From the NCBI GenBank assembly GCA_964636295.1, contig CAZWQY010000001.1, forward strand, positions 92,447 to 156,446: a stretch of DNA of 64,000 nucleotides, given 5' to 3'. Positions 46,479-56,898 of the stretch are shown piece after piece (the first letter of the stretch is position 1; each line of letters starts with the position of its first letter). Origin of the DNA: an uncultured Lentisphaeraceae bacterium. GTDB lineage: Bacteria > Verrucomicrobiota > Kiritimatiellia > RFP12 > UBA1067. Position numbers and translations under genes: made by a program. Below the pieces are notes generated by a model. The model was not told the DNA's origin. It was given only the letters and a program-made list of their open reading frames with translations, and ran no database searches.

Positions 46479-47900
46479 TCAGAACGCCGCGAGAATCCGC
46501 ATCGCCCAGTCCTTCGCCAACGCGAACTGGCGAAGCGAATAGCTTTCGTTCGGCGCGTGGATGCGATCGTCGGGCTGCCCCCAGCCAACCAGGAGCGGCG
46601 CGGCGCCGGACGCTTCCTTGAGCGCGGCGACGACGGGAATCGACGCGCCGTCCCACAGGAAGACCGGCCCGCGCGAATCCATCTCCGTCAGCACGTCCTC
46701 CGCCAGTCGGAAGAGCGGCGAGGCCAGCGGCAGTCGCAACGCGGCGGAGAGTCCGCCGTCCCCCGGAAAGGAGACGGCCATGCCCTTCGGACAGCGGTCT
46801 TTCAGATGACGCTTCACCGCTTCGCAACAGGCGACCGGACGCTGGCCCGGGACAAGCCGCAGCGAGAGCTTCGCGAACGCCTCGCAGGGAATGACGGTCT
46901 TCGAGCCAGGCCCGCCATAGCCCGAATGAATGCCGTTCACCTCAATCGTCGGCTCGAAGCCGTTCCGCTGGGCGGGCGTCTTGCCGAGTTGCCCGCCACA
47001 CGGCTCCGTGCCGATGTCGGCCCGAAGCTGCGCCTCCGTCGCGAAGCCCGCCTCGGCCGCCGCAATCTCCGCCTGCGTCGGCGGCTCGATGCCGTCGCGA
47101 AAGCCCGGAACGGCAATCGACCCGTCCGGATTGTGCAGCAACGCCACGAGCTCGGCAATCCCCTGCGCGGCATTCGGCGCAAGTCCGCCGTATTCGCCGG
47201 AGTGGAGATCGCGGTTCGCCGCCGTCAGCTTCACGGTGAAATGGCAGACGCCGCGCAGCCCCGCGACAATCGCCGGACGAAGGTCGGCCGCCGCGCCCGT
47301 GTCGGAGACAAGCAGCACGTCCGCCGCCAGACGCTTGCGAAAGCCCGAATCGTCCAGCAGACGGAAGAGCGTCCCCGAACCAGACTCCTCCTGACCCTCG
47401 AAGAGGAACTTGAGGTTGACGGGCGCGCGCCCCTCCCGCGCCGCGAGAAACGCGCGCACGCCGCAAAGAAACGCGAAGAGCTGCCCCTTGTCGTCCTGCG
47501 CGCCGCGACAGTAGACGCGGCCGTCCTTCAGCGTCGGCTCGAACGGCGGCGTCTGCCACTGATCCAGCGGATCCGGCGGCTGGACGTCGTAATGCCCATA
47601 GACGAGCACCGTCGTCGCGCCCGCCTCGCCCTTCAACTCGCCGAAGACGACGGGGACGGACGCCGAAGCGTCCGCGCCCCCCTTCGCCGTCGGCAGAAGA
47701 AGCTCCGCCTCAGCCCCGATCGTCTTGAGCCATCTTTTCAACCACGTCGCGGCCTGGGCGCAATCCCGCAGATGGAGCGGATCGGACCCGACCGTGGGCA
47801 GTCTCAAAAGCTCGAAGTAGTCCTTGGAGTCGCTTGATTTCAGCCAGTCGTCCGTCTCGTCGCTCATAGTCGCCATCTGCCATTTCCCGCCTTCCTGCAC
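46479..47900 (-). CDS. M20-family metallopeptidase/dipeptidase
   Basis: LVYGHYDVQPPDPLDQWQTPPFEPTLKDGRVYCRGAQDDKGQLF is the M20 metal-binding signature. The start is uncertain; internal MATMSDE or MSDETDD are possible. Confidence 0.75.
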   Translation of the reverse strand: MQEGGKWQMATMSDETDDWLKSSDSKDYFELLRLPTVGSDPLHLRDCAQAATWLKRWLKTIGAEAELLLPTAKGGADASASVPVVFGELKGEAGATTVLVYGHYDVQPPDPLDQWQTPPFEPTLKDGRVYCRGAQDDKGQLFAFLCGVRAFLAAREGRAPVNLKFLFEGQEESGSGTLFRLLDDSGFRKRLAADVLLVSDTGAAADLRPAIVAGLRGVCHFTVKLTAANRDLHSGEYGGLAPNAAQGIAELVALLHNPDGSIAVPGFRDGIEPPTQAEIAAAEAGFATEAQLRADIGTEPCGGQLGKTPAQRNGFEPTIEVNGIHSGYGGPGSKTVIPCEAFAKLSLRLVPGQRPVACCEAVKRHLKDRCPKGMAVSFPGDGGLSAALRLPLASPLFRLAEDVLTEMDSRGPVFLWDGASIPVVAALKEASGAAPLLVGWGQPDDRIHAPNESYSLRQFALAKDWAMRILAAF

Positions 47901-47909
47901 GTGTCCCGT

Positions 47910-49457
47910 TTAGCGCGCCTCGTCCGCCGCGAGCTCCGTCGCGGCGAGGCCGCCGCCGAGCGCCTTGTAGAGCGAGATGAGGTCAAGCGAGATCTGCCCG
48001 CGCGAGAGGACGAATTCCTCCTCGAGCTGAAGACGGCTGCGCTGCGCGTCGAGGACGTTGTTGAAGTCCTTCAGGCCGTTCTGGTAGAGGTCCTGCGAAA
48101 TCGTCACGGCGTCCATCGCCGCCTTGACCGCACCCTTCAGCGACTGGTTGCGGTGATACTCCTGCGTATAGGCCGCGTAGGCGTCGCGCACCTGCCCGTA
48201 GGCGTTCTGCAGCGACTGCTCGTAGGCCAGCGCCGCCTCGTGCATCCGCGCCTCCGTCGCCTTCACGTTCGCGTAGATCGCGCCGCCCTGGAAGATTGGC
48301 CAGCTGACGGACGGCCCAAGGGAGGCGAGGAACGAGTCGCGCGCGAAGAGGCGCGACGAGGACTTGTTCTGCCAGCCGACCGAGCCGTTCACGTAGAGCT
48401 TCGGGAACCACTGCGCCTTCGCGACGCCAATCTGCGCCGTCGCCGCCGCGAGCCGACGCTCCGCCGCCTTGACGTCCGGCCGCGCGCGCATCATGTCCAG
48501 CTTCAGCTCGGCGACCTTCTGCGGCTGAAGCAGCCAGTCGCGCCGCGTCGCGAGCGGCTTGAGCGTCTCGTCCAGCGCGCCCGGCATCTCGCCGGCGAGG
48601 ATCGCGAGCGCGTTCTTGAGCTGTTCCTCCTGCGCCAGCAGCTGCGGCAGGCGCGCGCGCGTCTGCTCAACGATGTAGGCGCACTGGTTGACGGCAAGCT
48701 CGTCGCCAATGCCCGAATCGAGGCGCGACTTCAGGATCTCGTACGTCTCGCTCTGAAGGACGAGGTTCGTGCGCGCGACCTCGATGCGCTCCTGCGTCGT
48801 GCGCAGGTTCACGTACTGCGCGCCGATCTGCGTCGTGAGCGACACCCAGGCGTCCGCCACCGTCCACCCGGCCGCCTCGGCCTGGGCGAGCGCCGCCTCG
48901 CAGTTCCGGCGGTTGCCGCCGAAGATGTCGATTTCCCACGAGCCGTCGAGCGCGAAGTCACGGACGTTGTAGACGTTCTTGCCGGACGTCGTGTTGACCG
49001 ACGACCAGCGCCGCGTCCAGCCCGCGCCAATGCCGAACTTCGGCAGGAACGCAGCCGTGCTGCCGAGGAGCTCGTACTCCGCCTGCGTCAGGCGCGCCTG
49101 CGCCATCAGGAAGCCGACGTTGTTCGAGACGCCGCCCTCGACCAGGCGTTCGAGCACGGGATCGTTGAAGCGCGTCCACCACTGCTGGATCGCGTCGTTC
49201 GACACGATTTCGCGCAGGTCGTCCTTCGCGGCCGCCGCCGCGTACTCGCCCGTCGCCGTCAGGTTCGTCGCGGGCTGTCCGGCGTCCGGCAGCAGGTAGG
49301 CGGGAACTTCAAACGCCGGCTCGGCATAGTCCGGCCCGACCGACGGCAACGACATGCAGCCGGCCAGCGCAAGCGTGACGGCAGGAACGGACGAAGCCCC
49401 GACCAACCGAAGAATCGTGCAACGGGTGGAGGATGTCATGGATTTTCTTCTGCTCAT
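47910..49457 (-). CDS. RND efflux outer-membrane factor lipoprotein (NodT/TolC family)
   Basis: Lipoprotein signal (LALAGCMSLPS) and two OEP repeat halves. Confidence 0.8.
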   Translation of the reverse strand: MSRRKSMTSSTRCTILRLVGASSVPAVTLALAGCMSLPSVGPDYAEPAFEVPAYLLPDAGQPATNLTATGEYAAAAAKDDLREIVSNDAIQQWWTRFNDPVLERLVEGGVSNNVGFLMAQARLTQAEYELLGSTAAFLPKFGIGAGWTRRWSSVNTTSGKNVYNVRDFALDGSWEIDIFGGNRRNCEAALAQAEAAGWTVADAWVSLTTQIGAQYVNLRTTQERIEVARTNLVLQSETYEILKSRLDSGIGDELAVNQCAYIVEQTRARLPQLLAQEEQLKNALAILAGEMPGALDETLKPLATRRDWLLQPQKVAELKLDMMRARPDVKAAERRLAAATAQIGVAKAQWFPKLYVNGSVGWQNKSSSRLFARDSFLASLGPSVSWPIFQGGAIYANVKATEARMHEAALAYEQSLQNAYGQVRDAYAAYTQEYHRNQSLKGAVKAAMDAVTISQDLYQNGLKDFNNVLDAQRSRLQLEEEFVLSRGQISLDLISLYKALGGGLAATELAADEAR

Positions 49458-49556
49458 GCGAATCTTTCCTTTCTTTCTAAATGCAAGTCTTTCTAAATTT
49501 GAGTGCTGATTTTAACAAAACTCCCTGATCGAAGTCAATGCGCCCTTTCACGGCCC

Positions 49557-50477
49557 TCACCAGGCTCGCGCGTCCTCCAGATTCGTGTCGCCTGGCGTTG
49601 GATTGAACCATGAGCGCAGGGTCAATCCAATCAACTGGCTCACGCCTTCGCCAATTCGTCCATAGTGCGCAAACGTCACTTGTCCGAGTTCGTTTGTCTG
49701 TGTTCGCACACGATAGACAAGATACTCGTTTTTGGCCAAGCAAACGCGATTCGTCACGCCCTCCCTGACGCGGGCAAACCTAAAATCAAGTTCCTTCCGG
49801 TACACAACATTCGTCAAGGCGACATAATCATAGCGGAAGTCACTTGTCACATCGGCCGAGCGAACATAAAATCCATCAACGCCATTCGGGAAACGAATGG
49901 AAAGATGCTCGTGAAAGTCATACCAGTCTTGAGGGTTTCGCCATCCGTCGAAAACCATGTGCACGTCATCGTGCCGCCCCTTGCCGTAGGGCGGACACCA
50001 ATCAAGCCGTTCAAGGTCAAGCTTGACGACCTCGTTCGTTGCAGGGAACTTTCTGTATTCCAAACCATGAAGCACGAGTTTTCCCGGACAACGCTTCTTC
50101 TTGAGCGTGACCGTCGTTTCCACGGGCCTTTCAGACCATTTCCGCAGCCGCCCCACGACCTCATCGCCCAAAGTCTTAAAGACGGGATCTGCCATCGTCT
50201 CGTAGTAACCGTCCTTTCGAACCCACGCATGCACCTCGCCGATGCAACGTCCAGTGGCGGCAAAGTTCCCAGTCACATCCGTCTTGCCACGTCTGACGTC
50301 AACGCTTTCCGGCGCGGTGTAGAACGTGACGGAAACGGCGGCATTCGACACGGGCTCACCTCGGTCATCAACAACGCGAATTCGGAGATCCGCCATCGCG
50401 CCATCGACGAGGGGGCTATAGGCGGCGTGAAGACGAGCAAGGCTGAAGACCGCCAATAGGCATGACAGCATTTTCAT
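49557..50477 (-). CDS. hypothetical secreted protein (lower GC)
   Basis: 306 aa with a signal peptide (MKMLSCLLAVFSLARLHA). GC is visibly lower than the flanks. No motif recognized. Confidence 0.55.
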   Translation of the reverse strand: MKMLSCLLAVFSLARLHAAYSPLVDGAMADLRIRVVDDRGEPVSNAAVSVTFYTAPESVDVRRGKTDVTGNFAATGRCIGEVHAWVRKDGYYETMADPVFKTLGDEVVGRLRKWSERPVETTVTLKKKRCPGKLVLHGLEYRKFPATNEVVKLDLERLDWCPPYGKGRHDDVHMVFDGWRNPQDWYDFHEHLSIRFPNGVDGFYVRSADVTSDFRYDYVALTNVVYRKELDFRFARVREGVTNRVCLAKNEYLVYRVRTQTNELGQVTFAHYGRIGEGVSQLIGLTLRSWFNPTPGDTNLEDARAW

Positions 50478-51617
50478 TTGTTCAGCCCTCCAAGTTCAAC
50501 AATCTGTCGAAAAACCGGATGCACAAAGAAATAAGCGACATTCTTGACGTCCGAATGAAGGAATCGACCGCCCAATTGTCCGTCACGAGGGCGCGGCCAG
50601 GCATTTGACATGTAATGCGCCGTGTTCATGTCAACGGACGTTATTCCCGCCTCCGTCAGATTCGTCCTCCCCGTCGGCGGTGAAAGAGCGGGGATTCCCT
50701 GCGCCAAGTGAAAATCTGTTTCAAGGCGCGAAGCCGCAGAATTCAGAATCGATTCAGGCGCGGCACTAAAGACGGTGTTCGTGGCGAACACAGAAGGATC
50801 CGCCACAGCATTGGCCCTCTCTGCCGACCACACCCTCACACCAAAGGCATTCTTCGCGAATCCCCAACCCGACCAGTCGGTCGTCCCCATAAAGCCGAGA
50901 AGCGACTTGCGCCCCTTCCAGATTTCCTGCTTGTGCCACGAATAGCGGTCACCCCAATTGCCCGACGGGCTGACTCCGTTGTACCACGCCGGATTGTGCG
51001 CGCCCGCATAAAGTTCCAGCACTTCATCGCCAGACGAATAGAAGTTGACGGCAACTGGCACGACGGCGGCGAAACGTCCGCGCCACGTCAGATTTCGCCG
51101 CGCGTCGCCCGCCGGGAAGAGGCGATACCAGAGCGCGGACCAGCAGACATTCGTATAGTCCGTCCACTCGTCATGGACAAGCACGTTTGCCGGCGAGGCA
51201 TCCGCAAGGGACGGATCAAACGCCTCGGAAGGAATCGCGGAATTGAGCATGATCAACTTCTCAACCCGCATCCCGTAATCCTGAATCGCAGCAGCGGCGA
51301 CCAGCGTGCCAAGGCTGTGCGCAATGACGACCCGACGGCCGGGGATGGCGTTCACGAGCGACGCGAGGCGACGCGCCGTGACAAAAGCGTTGGAGACATT
51401 GGCCTGATAGTTGTAGGACGGCCCGATGTCCGACTCCCAACCGACGGGGTAGAATTCCATATTCGCCCCCGCCTGCCACAGCCGCTTGAACATCTCCTCT
51501 GCCCAGGCTTGCCCCTCCTGCTCGCTCACGTTCGCGCCATGGACGAAGAAGACATTGGCCTTCTCGGCATGGGCGACAAACGAGAAACTCGCCGCGAGCA
51601 GGAGAACTCTGAACGTC
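50474..51617 (-). CDS. secreted alpha/beta-hydrolase (lipase/esterase-like, GHSLG nucleophile elbow)
   Basis: Start at MLQTFRVLLLAASFSFVAHA (signal peptide). VVIAHSLGTLVAAAAI matches the GxSxG lipase motif. The longer ORF-track version overlaps the RND gene and is rejected. Confidence 0.65.
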
Positions 51618-51663
51618 TGCAGCATGTTACGGTGTATGTGCGTCCAAAGCACACCTTGCCGTT

Positions 51664-54600
51664 TTATTTCCCCTTCATCTCCTTGAGCTCGCGGCGGCGG
51701 GCGGCCTTCGCGCTCACGTAGGCGAAGAAGCGCTTGGCGTTCTCGCGCCACGTCTGGAAGAGCGCGTAAAGCCCCGGAACGAGCAGGATGCCGAAGACGA
51801 CCGAGAAGAGCATGCCGAAGAACTCCGTCGTGCCAAGGTGGTTGCGGCTGGCCGCGCCCGCACCCGTGGCAATCATCATCGGCAACGTTCCGAGGAGCGT
51901 CGTCAAGGCCGTCATGAGGAGCGCGCGCAGACGCTCGCCGGCCGCCATGCCCGCCGCGTCCACGATCGAGCAGCCCTCGCCTTCGCGCTTGTCCTTCGCG
52001 AACTCGACGATCAGAATCGCGTTCTTCGACGCAAGGCCGATGAGAAGGACGAGTCCGAGCTGCGCGTAGATGGAGAGCGCATACGGCTGGCCCGTCGCGA
52101 TGATGCCCCACCACTTGAGCCCCATGAGCGCGCCGAAGACGGCGACGAAGATCGAGAGCATCACCGGCAACGGAATCGTCCACGACTCGTACTGCGCGAC
52201 GAGGAAGAGGTAGCCAAAGAGAATCGCGAGCGCGAGAAGCGGCGCAGTCGTGCCGGCGTTGCGCTCCTCCTGGAAGGTCAGGCCCGACCACTCGAAGCCG
52301 TAGTCCTCCGGCAAGCTGTCCTTCAGCAGCTCCTTGATCTGCTCCATGATCTCGCCCGACGCGACACCTGGCTTCGGCATCACGGTGACGGCCGAGGCGA
52401 GGAACATGTTGTAGCGCGAAACCGTGCGCGGGCCAAGTTCGCGCGTAATCGTTCCGAGCGAGCCCATGGGCACCATCGCGCCCGTGTCGGAGCGGACGAA
52501 GAGCCGCGCGACGGACTCGGGCGTGGCGCGCCCCGTCCAGTCGGACTGGACGGTCACGCGGTTGACCTGCGTGCCGAGGTTGACGTCGTTCACGTAGCGC
52601 GAGCCGAGGTAGTTCTGGAGCGTCGCGTAGACCGTCGCGACCGGCACGTCGTAAAGTTCGGCCTTGTCGCGGTCGAGATTGAAGCGCAGGTGCGGCGTGT
52701 CGGCCGTGTAGCCCGTGAAGGCGACCATCACGCCCGGCATCCGGTTCAGCTTCGCCAGAATGTCCTTCGTCACCGTGTTGAGGCGCATCGCGTCGGTGTC
52801 GCCCTTCGACTGGAGGCGGAGGTCAATGCCCGAGTTCGAACCGAGTCCGGGAATCGCCGGCGGCGCAAAGCACTTGATCGCCGGTTCGGGAATCTGGGAA
52901 AGAACCTGCTGAACCTTGCCGATCAGGACGCTCACGTGCTGGTCGGGGCGCGTGCGCTCCTCCCACGGCTTGAGGTCGGCGATCATCATGACCATGTTCT
53001 CGCCGCGTCCGCCGATCATCGAGAAGCCCGTGATCGTCAGGACGCTCGACACCTCCGGCACCTGTTCGAGCAGGATCTTCGTCGCACGGTCGGCGACGTC
53101 CGTCGAGCGCTGCCGCGTCGAGCCTTCGGGCAGTTCGAGCGAGGCGAAGATGACGCGCTGGTCTTCGTCGGGCAGGAACGCCGTCTGCGTCGACATGAAG
53201 GCGTTCACCGTGAGGAGAATCGTCAGCACGAGCAAGAGGAGCGCGAGGAAGATGCGGCTCGCCAGCCACTTCGCGCACTGCACGAAGAAGCCCTTGAACC
53301 GATCGAGCGCCCAGTTGAACCACGCGAACGGCCCGCGCTTGAACGGACGCGCCTCGCGCAGCAGGAGGGAGGTCAGCGCCGGCGCCAGCGTCAGCGCGCA
53401 CACCGTCGAGAAGCAGACGGCCGCCGAGAGCGTGATCGAGAACTGCTGGTAGATGCGGCCCGTGATGCCGCTCATGAAGCCGACCGGCACGAAGATGCCC
53501 AGCAGGACGAGCGTCGTCGCGATGACGGCGGACGTCACGTCCTTCATCGCCTGGATCGTCGCCTCCTTGCAGTTGAGGCCGCGCGTCTCGATGAGGAACT
53601 GCACGCGCTCGACGACGACGATGCAGTCGTCGACGACGACGCCGATCGCGAGCACGAGGCCGAAGAGCGTCAGCGTGTTGATCGAGTAGCCCATCACCGC
53701 CATGAAGATGAAGGTCGAGCAGAGCGAGACCGGAATCGTCAGGCAGGGGATCAGCGTCGCGCGCCAGTCCTGGAGGAAGAGGTAGCAGACGAAGACGACG
53801 AGAAGGAACGTGATGACAAGCGTCTCGACGATCTCCTTGATCGTGCGGCGCACGTAGTCCGTCGCGTCATACGGCACAAGCCACTCAAGGTCGTCCGGGA
53901 AGTCCGCCTCCAAATGCTTAAACGCCGCGATGACTTCGTTCATCGTCGCGATCGCGTTCGCGCCCGGCTTCTGCTGGAGCGAGATGGAGACGGCGTTCTC
54001 GCCATTGAAGAGGCCGGCGAACATGTAGTCCTGCTCGCCGACTTCGGTGCGGGCGACGTCCTTGAGCTTGACGATGCCGCCGTTCTCGTCGCGGCGGACG
54101 ACGATCTCGTCGAACTCGGCGGGCGTCATGAGACGGCCCTTGGCGACGAGCGAGTAGGTATAGGCGCCGTGTTCGCGGGTCGGCGACGCGCCGACCGTGC
54201 CGAGCGCGGCCTGGATGTTCTGCTGCGAGACGGCCGCGATGACCTCCTCGGAGTTCATGCCCTGCGCCGCAAGCCGCTGCGGGTCGAGCCAGACGCGCAT
54301 CGCGAGCTTCGGGCCGTAGATCGTCGCCTCGCCGACGCCGCCGATGCGCAACAGCACGGGGCGGATGTTCGCGTAGGCGTAGTCGGAGATCTCCAGGCGC
54401 GACATCGTGCCCTTCGGCGAGCGCAGCGTGAAGAAGCCGAGGAAGTCCGTCGACTGCGCGCGCACGCGGCCGCCGAGCTGACGGGCCTCCGCCGGAAGCT
54501 TCGCCTCGGCCTGGGACAGGCGGTTCTGCACCTTCACGAGGTCCATGTCGCGGTCGGACTCGACCTCGAACGAGACGCTCAGCTGGTACTGGCCGTCGTC

Positions 54601-54891
54601 CGAGCTGTCCGACGTCATGTAGATCATGTCGTCCACGCCGTTGATCTCGTCCTCCAGCGGCGTCGCGATCGTGTTCTGCACCTCGCGGGCGTTCGCGCCC
54701 GGATAGGAGTAGGTCACGGAAATCTCCGGCGGCGTCAGCTGCGGATACTGCGAGACCGGCAGCTTCCAGATCGCCATGACGCCCGCCATCGAGAGGACGA
54801 GGGAGATGACCATCGCAAAGCGCGGCCGCTCGACGAAGACGCGCGAGAACGTCTTGATCTTGTCAATGCTCGCTCTGATTCCAAGTTTCAT
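51664..54891 (-). CDS. RND efflux transporter permease (AcrB/HAE1 family)
   Basis: 1075 aa with 12 TM helices and two large periplasmic loops; [24 protein letters not shown]-terminus. Confidence 0.9.
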   Translation of the reverse strand: MKLGIRASIDKIKTFSRVFVERPRFAMVISLVLSMAGVMAIWKLPVSQYPQLTPPEISVTYSYPGANAREVQNTIATPLEDEINGVDDMIYMTSDSSDDGQYQLSVSFEVESDRDMDLVKVQNRLSQAEAKLPAEARQLGGRVRAQSTDFLGFFTLRSPKGTMSRLEISDYAYANIRPVLLRIGGVGEATIYGPKLAMRVWLDPQRLAAQGMNSEEVIAAVSQQNIQAALGTVGASPTREHGAYTYSLVAKGRLMTPAEFDEIVVRRDENGGIVKLKDVARTEVGEQDYMFAGLFNGENAVSISLQQKPGANAIATMNEVIAAFKHLEADFPDDLEWLVPYDATDYVRRTIKEIVETLVITFLLVVFVCYLFLQDWRATLIPCLTIPVSLCSTFIFMAVMGYSINTLTLFGLVLAIGVVVDDCIVVVERVQFLIETRGLNCKEATIQAMKDVTSAVIATTLVLLGIFVPVGFMSGITGRIYQQFSITLSAAVCFSTVCALTLAPALTSLLLREARPFKRGPFAWFNWALDRFKGFFVQCAKWLASRIFLALLLLVLTILLTVNAFMSTQTAFLPDEDQRVIFASLELPEGSTRQRSTDVADRATKILLEQVPEVSSVLTITGFSMIGGRGENMVMMIADLKPWEERTRPDQHVSVLIGKVQQVLSQIPEPAIKCFAPPAIPGLGSNSGIDLRLQSKGDTDAMRLNTVTKDILAKLNRMPGVMVAFTGYTADTPHLRFNLDRDKAELYDVPVATVYATLQNYLGSRYVNDVNLGTQVNRVTVQSDWTGRATPESVARLFVRSDTGAMVPMGSLGTITRELGPRTVSRYNMFLASAVTVMPKPGVASGEIMEQIKELLKDSLPEDYGFEWSGLTFQEERNAGTTAPLLALAILFGYLFLVAQYESWTIPLPVMLSIFVAVFGALMGLKWWGIIATGQPYALSIYAQLGLVLLIGLASKNAILIVEFAKDKREGEGCSIVDAAGMAAGERLRALLMTALTTLLGTLPMMIATGAGAASRNHLGTTEFFGMLFSVVFGILLVPGLYALFQTWRENAKRFFAYVSAKAARRRELKEMKGK

Positions 54892-54903
54892 AGGGGGTAA
54901 AAA

Positions 54904-54930
54904 AGTTTGGGGGTTTGGGCGTTTGGAGGT
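54904..54930. repeat. three tandem (G)GTTTGG units in the MFP-RND intergenic spacer
   Basis: GTTTGGgGGTTTGGgcGTTTGGaGGTT on the plus strand (the template strand for the minus-strand operon). The mRNA carries CCAAAC x3 just upstream of the RND start. Confidence 0.45.
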
Positions 54931-54965
54931 TCAAGCCGGGCTTTAGCCTCCAACTCATCATAGCC

Positions 54966-56201
54966 TTACATCTGCTTGCCCTTCCAGCCGGGCGTGTTCT
55001 CCTCGTTCGGAGTCGCCTCGGCGAAGGAGACCTTCATGCCGTTCTGAAGCTTGCGCGTGCCGGACACGACGACTTTCTGGCCGACCTTGAGGCCCTTGAC
55101 GACAGGCACGAAGCCCTCGTGCATCGGCAGCGTCTCGACCGGCACGACCTCGACGACATTGCCCTCCTTGAGGACGTAGACGCCCAGGTTGCCGCCCGGC
55201 AGGTCGACGATCGCCGTCTGCTGGACGGACGGATACATCGGCGGATTCTTGAAGTCCGCCAGAAGCGTCAGGTACGTGCCGGGCACGAGCAGACGGTCGG
55301 GGTTCGCGAAGCGGAGGCGCAGGATGATCGACGCCGTCGTCTTCGACATCTCGTTGTCGTCAAAGTCCCACGCGCCCTCGCGCCCGTACTCGGTGCCGTC
55401 CGGAAGGATGACGCGCAGACGGTTCTCGTCCGCCTTCCCGTCCTTGACCGACTTGCGCCACGCGAGGAACGCGCGGTCGGTCATCGGGAAGCTCACGCGA
55501 ATCGGATCGGTCTGGACGATGTGGGCGAGCGCGCCCTTCGACGGCGCCACGTAGTCGCCGATGTGCGCGGACGTCTTGCCGATCTGCCCGGAAATCGGCG
55601 CGAAGATCTTCGCCTTCTTGCAGTTGTACTCGGCGACGACCAGGTTCGCCTTTGCCTGGAGGACGGCCGCGTCGGCCTTCTCGGCGGCCGCCTCGGCGTT
55701 GTCGCGCTCCAGCTGCGTGATGCCGCGCTCGTCCGCCTTCTCCATGCGCTCATGGTAACGGCGCGCCCGACGGGCCTCGGCCTCCGCCGCGTTGAGGTCG
55801 GCCTTCGCCTGCCCGACGACGGCCTCGTACTTCTCGTCGTCCATCACGTAGAGAAGCTGGCCCTCGCGGACGAGGTCGCCCTCCTTGAACTTGATCTCCT
55901 TGATGTAGCCGTCCACCTGCGGCAGCAAGTCGACCTCGGCCACCGCCTCGGCGTGCGCGACATAGCGCTCGGGCAGGTTGTAGGGCCTTTCCTTCACTTC
56001 CGCGACGGAGACCGTCTGCGCCTGCGCGCGCATCGCCGCCATCTGCTCCGCATTCCGCGCGGACTCCTTTTTCGCCGCGACATTCGCATAGATGCCGCAA
56101 CCGACCCAGCCGCCCGCTCCGCAGACCGCTGCCAGAACCAGCGCCGCAACCGCGCCGCCAACCTTCGACTTCTGTTCGCTCATTTTCTGTTTTCCTTGCA
56201 T
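54966..56201 (-). CDS. RND efflux membrane fusion protein (AcrA/HlyD family)
   Basis: Start at MQGKQKMSEQ 12 nt after the tetR stop, followed by a TM anchor and coiled-coil/barrel-sandwich regions. Confidence 0.8.
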   Translation of the reverse strand: MQGKQKMSEQKSKVGGAVAALVLAAVCGAGGWVGCGIYANVAAKKESARNAEQMAAMRAQAQTVSVAEVKERPYNLPERYVAHAEAVAEVDLLPQVDGYIKEIKFKEGDLVREGQLLYVMDDEKYEAVVGQAKADLNAAEAEARRARRYHERMEKADERGITQLERDNAEAAAEKADAAVLQAKANLVVAEYNCKKAKIFAPISGQIGKTSAHIGDYVAPSKGALAHIVQTDPIRVSFPMTDRAFLAWRKSVKDGKADENRLRVILPDGTEYGREGAWDFDDNEMSKTTASIILRLRFANPDRLLVPGTYLTLLADFKNPPMYPSVQQTAIVDLPGGNLGVYVLKEGNVVEVVPVETLPMHEGFVPVVKGLKVGQKVVVSGTRKLQNGMKVSFAEATPNEENTPGWKGKQM

Positions 56202-56212
56202 GTTGTTAATTG

Positions 56213-56857
56213 TCAAAACGCCTGTTTTCCCGACTTGGAGTTCCCCTTCATGCTTTCCCACACCGCGCCATAGGCATGGCGCAGCGTCTCGGCCATGTCG
56301 CATTCGAGAAAGCGGTCGATGCACGTCTGCACAAGCCCGTCCCACAGCGCGAGCGCGACCGTCGCGACCTGCTCGGCATCCGTCGTCGGGCTGATGCGCC
56401 CGGCGGCAATGTCATTGGCAATCGCCTTCTTGAACGCCTCCTTCGGCCCGAACTGAAGGTTCGTCAAAAGATTCTGGCGCACCACCGTCATCGAGTCGTC
56501 GCCCCAGCGGATCTGGCACTTCATCAGCCGGAAGAACGCCGCGCTCTTCGGGTCGGAGACAAGCTGCTCGGCATTCTGAACCATCATCTCGGCAACGGCC
56601 GGGAACGTCAGCTCGCCCTCCGGCATCAGGGCCTCGATCTGACGGCGGAACTTCTCAAGCGCCAGCTGCACAAGCTCGATGAGAAGTTTCTCCTTCGAAT
56701 CGAAATGCCAGTAGACCGCACCCTTCGTGAGCTTCAGCCGCGCCGCGATGTCCGTGAACGTCGTGTGCTCATAGCCCTTCCGGGAAAAGAGCGCAAGCGC
56801 GCTCGCGAGAATCCTCTCACGCGTCCGCTGGGCGTCTTCCTTGGTCCTTCTTGGCAT
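56213..56857 (-). CDS. TetR/AcrR-family transcriptional repressor of the efflux operon
   Basis: N-terminal HTH ILASALALFSRKGYEHTTFTDIAARLKLTKGAVYWHF. 214 aa. Confidence 0.85.
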   Translation of the reverse strand: MPRRTKEDAQRTRERILASALALFSRKGYEHTTFTDIAARLKLTKGAVYWHFDSKEKLLIELVQLALEKFRRQIEALMPEGELTFPAVAEMMVQNAEQLVSDPKSAAFFRLMKCQIRWGDDSMTVVRQNLLTNLQFGPKEAFKKAIANDIAAGRISPTTDAEQVATVALALWDGLVQTCIDRFLECDMAETLRHAYGAVWESMKGNSKSGKQAF

Positions 56858-56868
56858 AACGGGCGCGT

Positions 56869-56898
56869 ATTATACATACTTTCAGGTAGGTATGTCAA
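56869..56898 (-). promoter_or_regulatory. tetR promoter (TTGACA-18-TATAAT) overlapped by an inverted repeat, the likely TetR operator
   Basis: Minus-strand read: cTTGACAtacctacctgaaagtatgTATAATacgcgcccgttATG. ACATAC-N10-GTATGT (56874-56895) overlaps the -35 hexamer and the spacer. Confidence 0.5.

Noticed and set aside
51618-52291. Upstream extension of the lipase ORF to 605 aa
   Set aside because: The extension overlaps the RND permease C-terminus in another frame. The signal peptide begins at the internal MLQTFRVLLL.
56202-56345. N-terminal 48-codon extension of the MFP gene
   Set aside because: The extension overlaps the tetR coding region. The Lys-rich MQGKQKMSEQ start with a TM anchor immediately downstream of the tetR stop is the plausible start.
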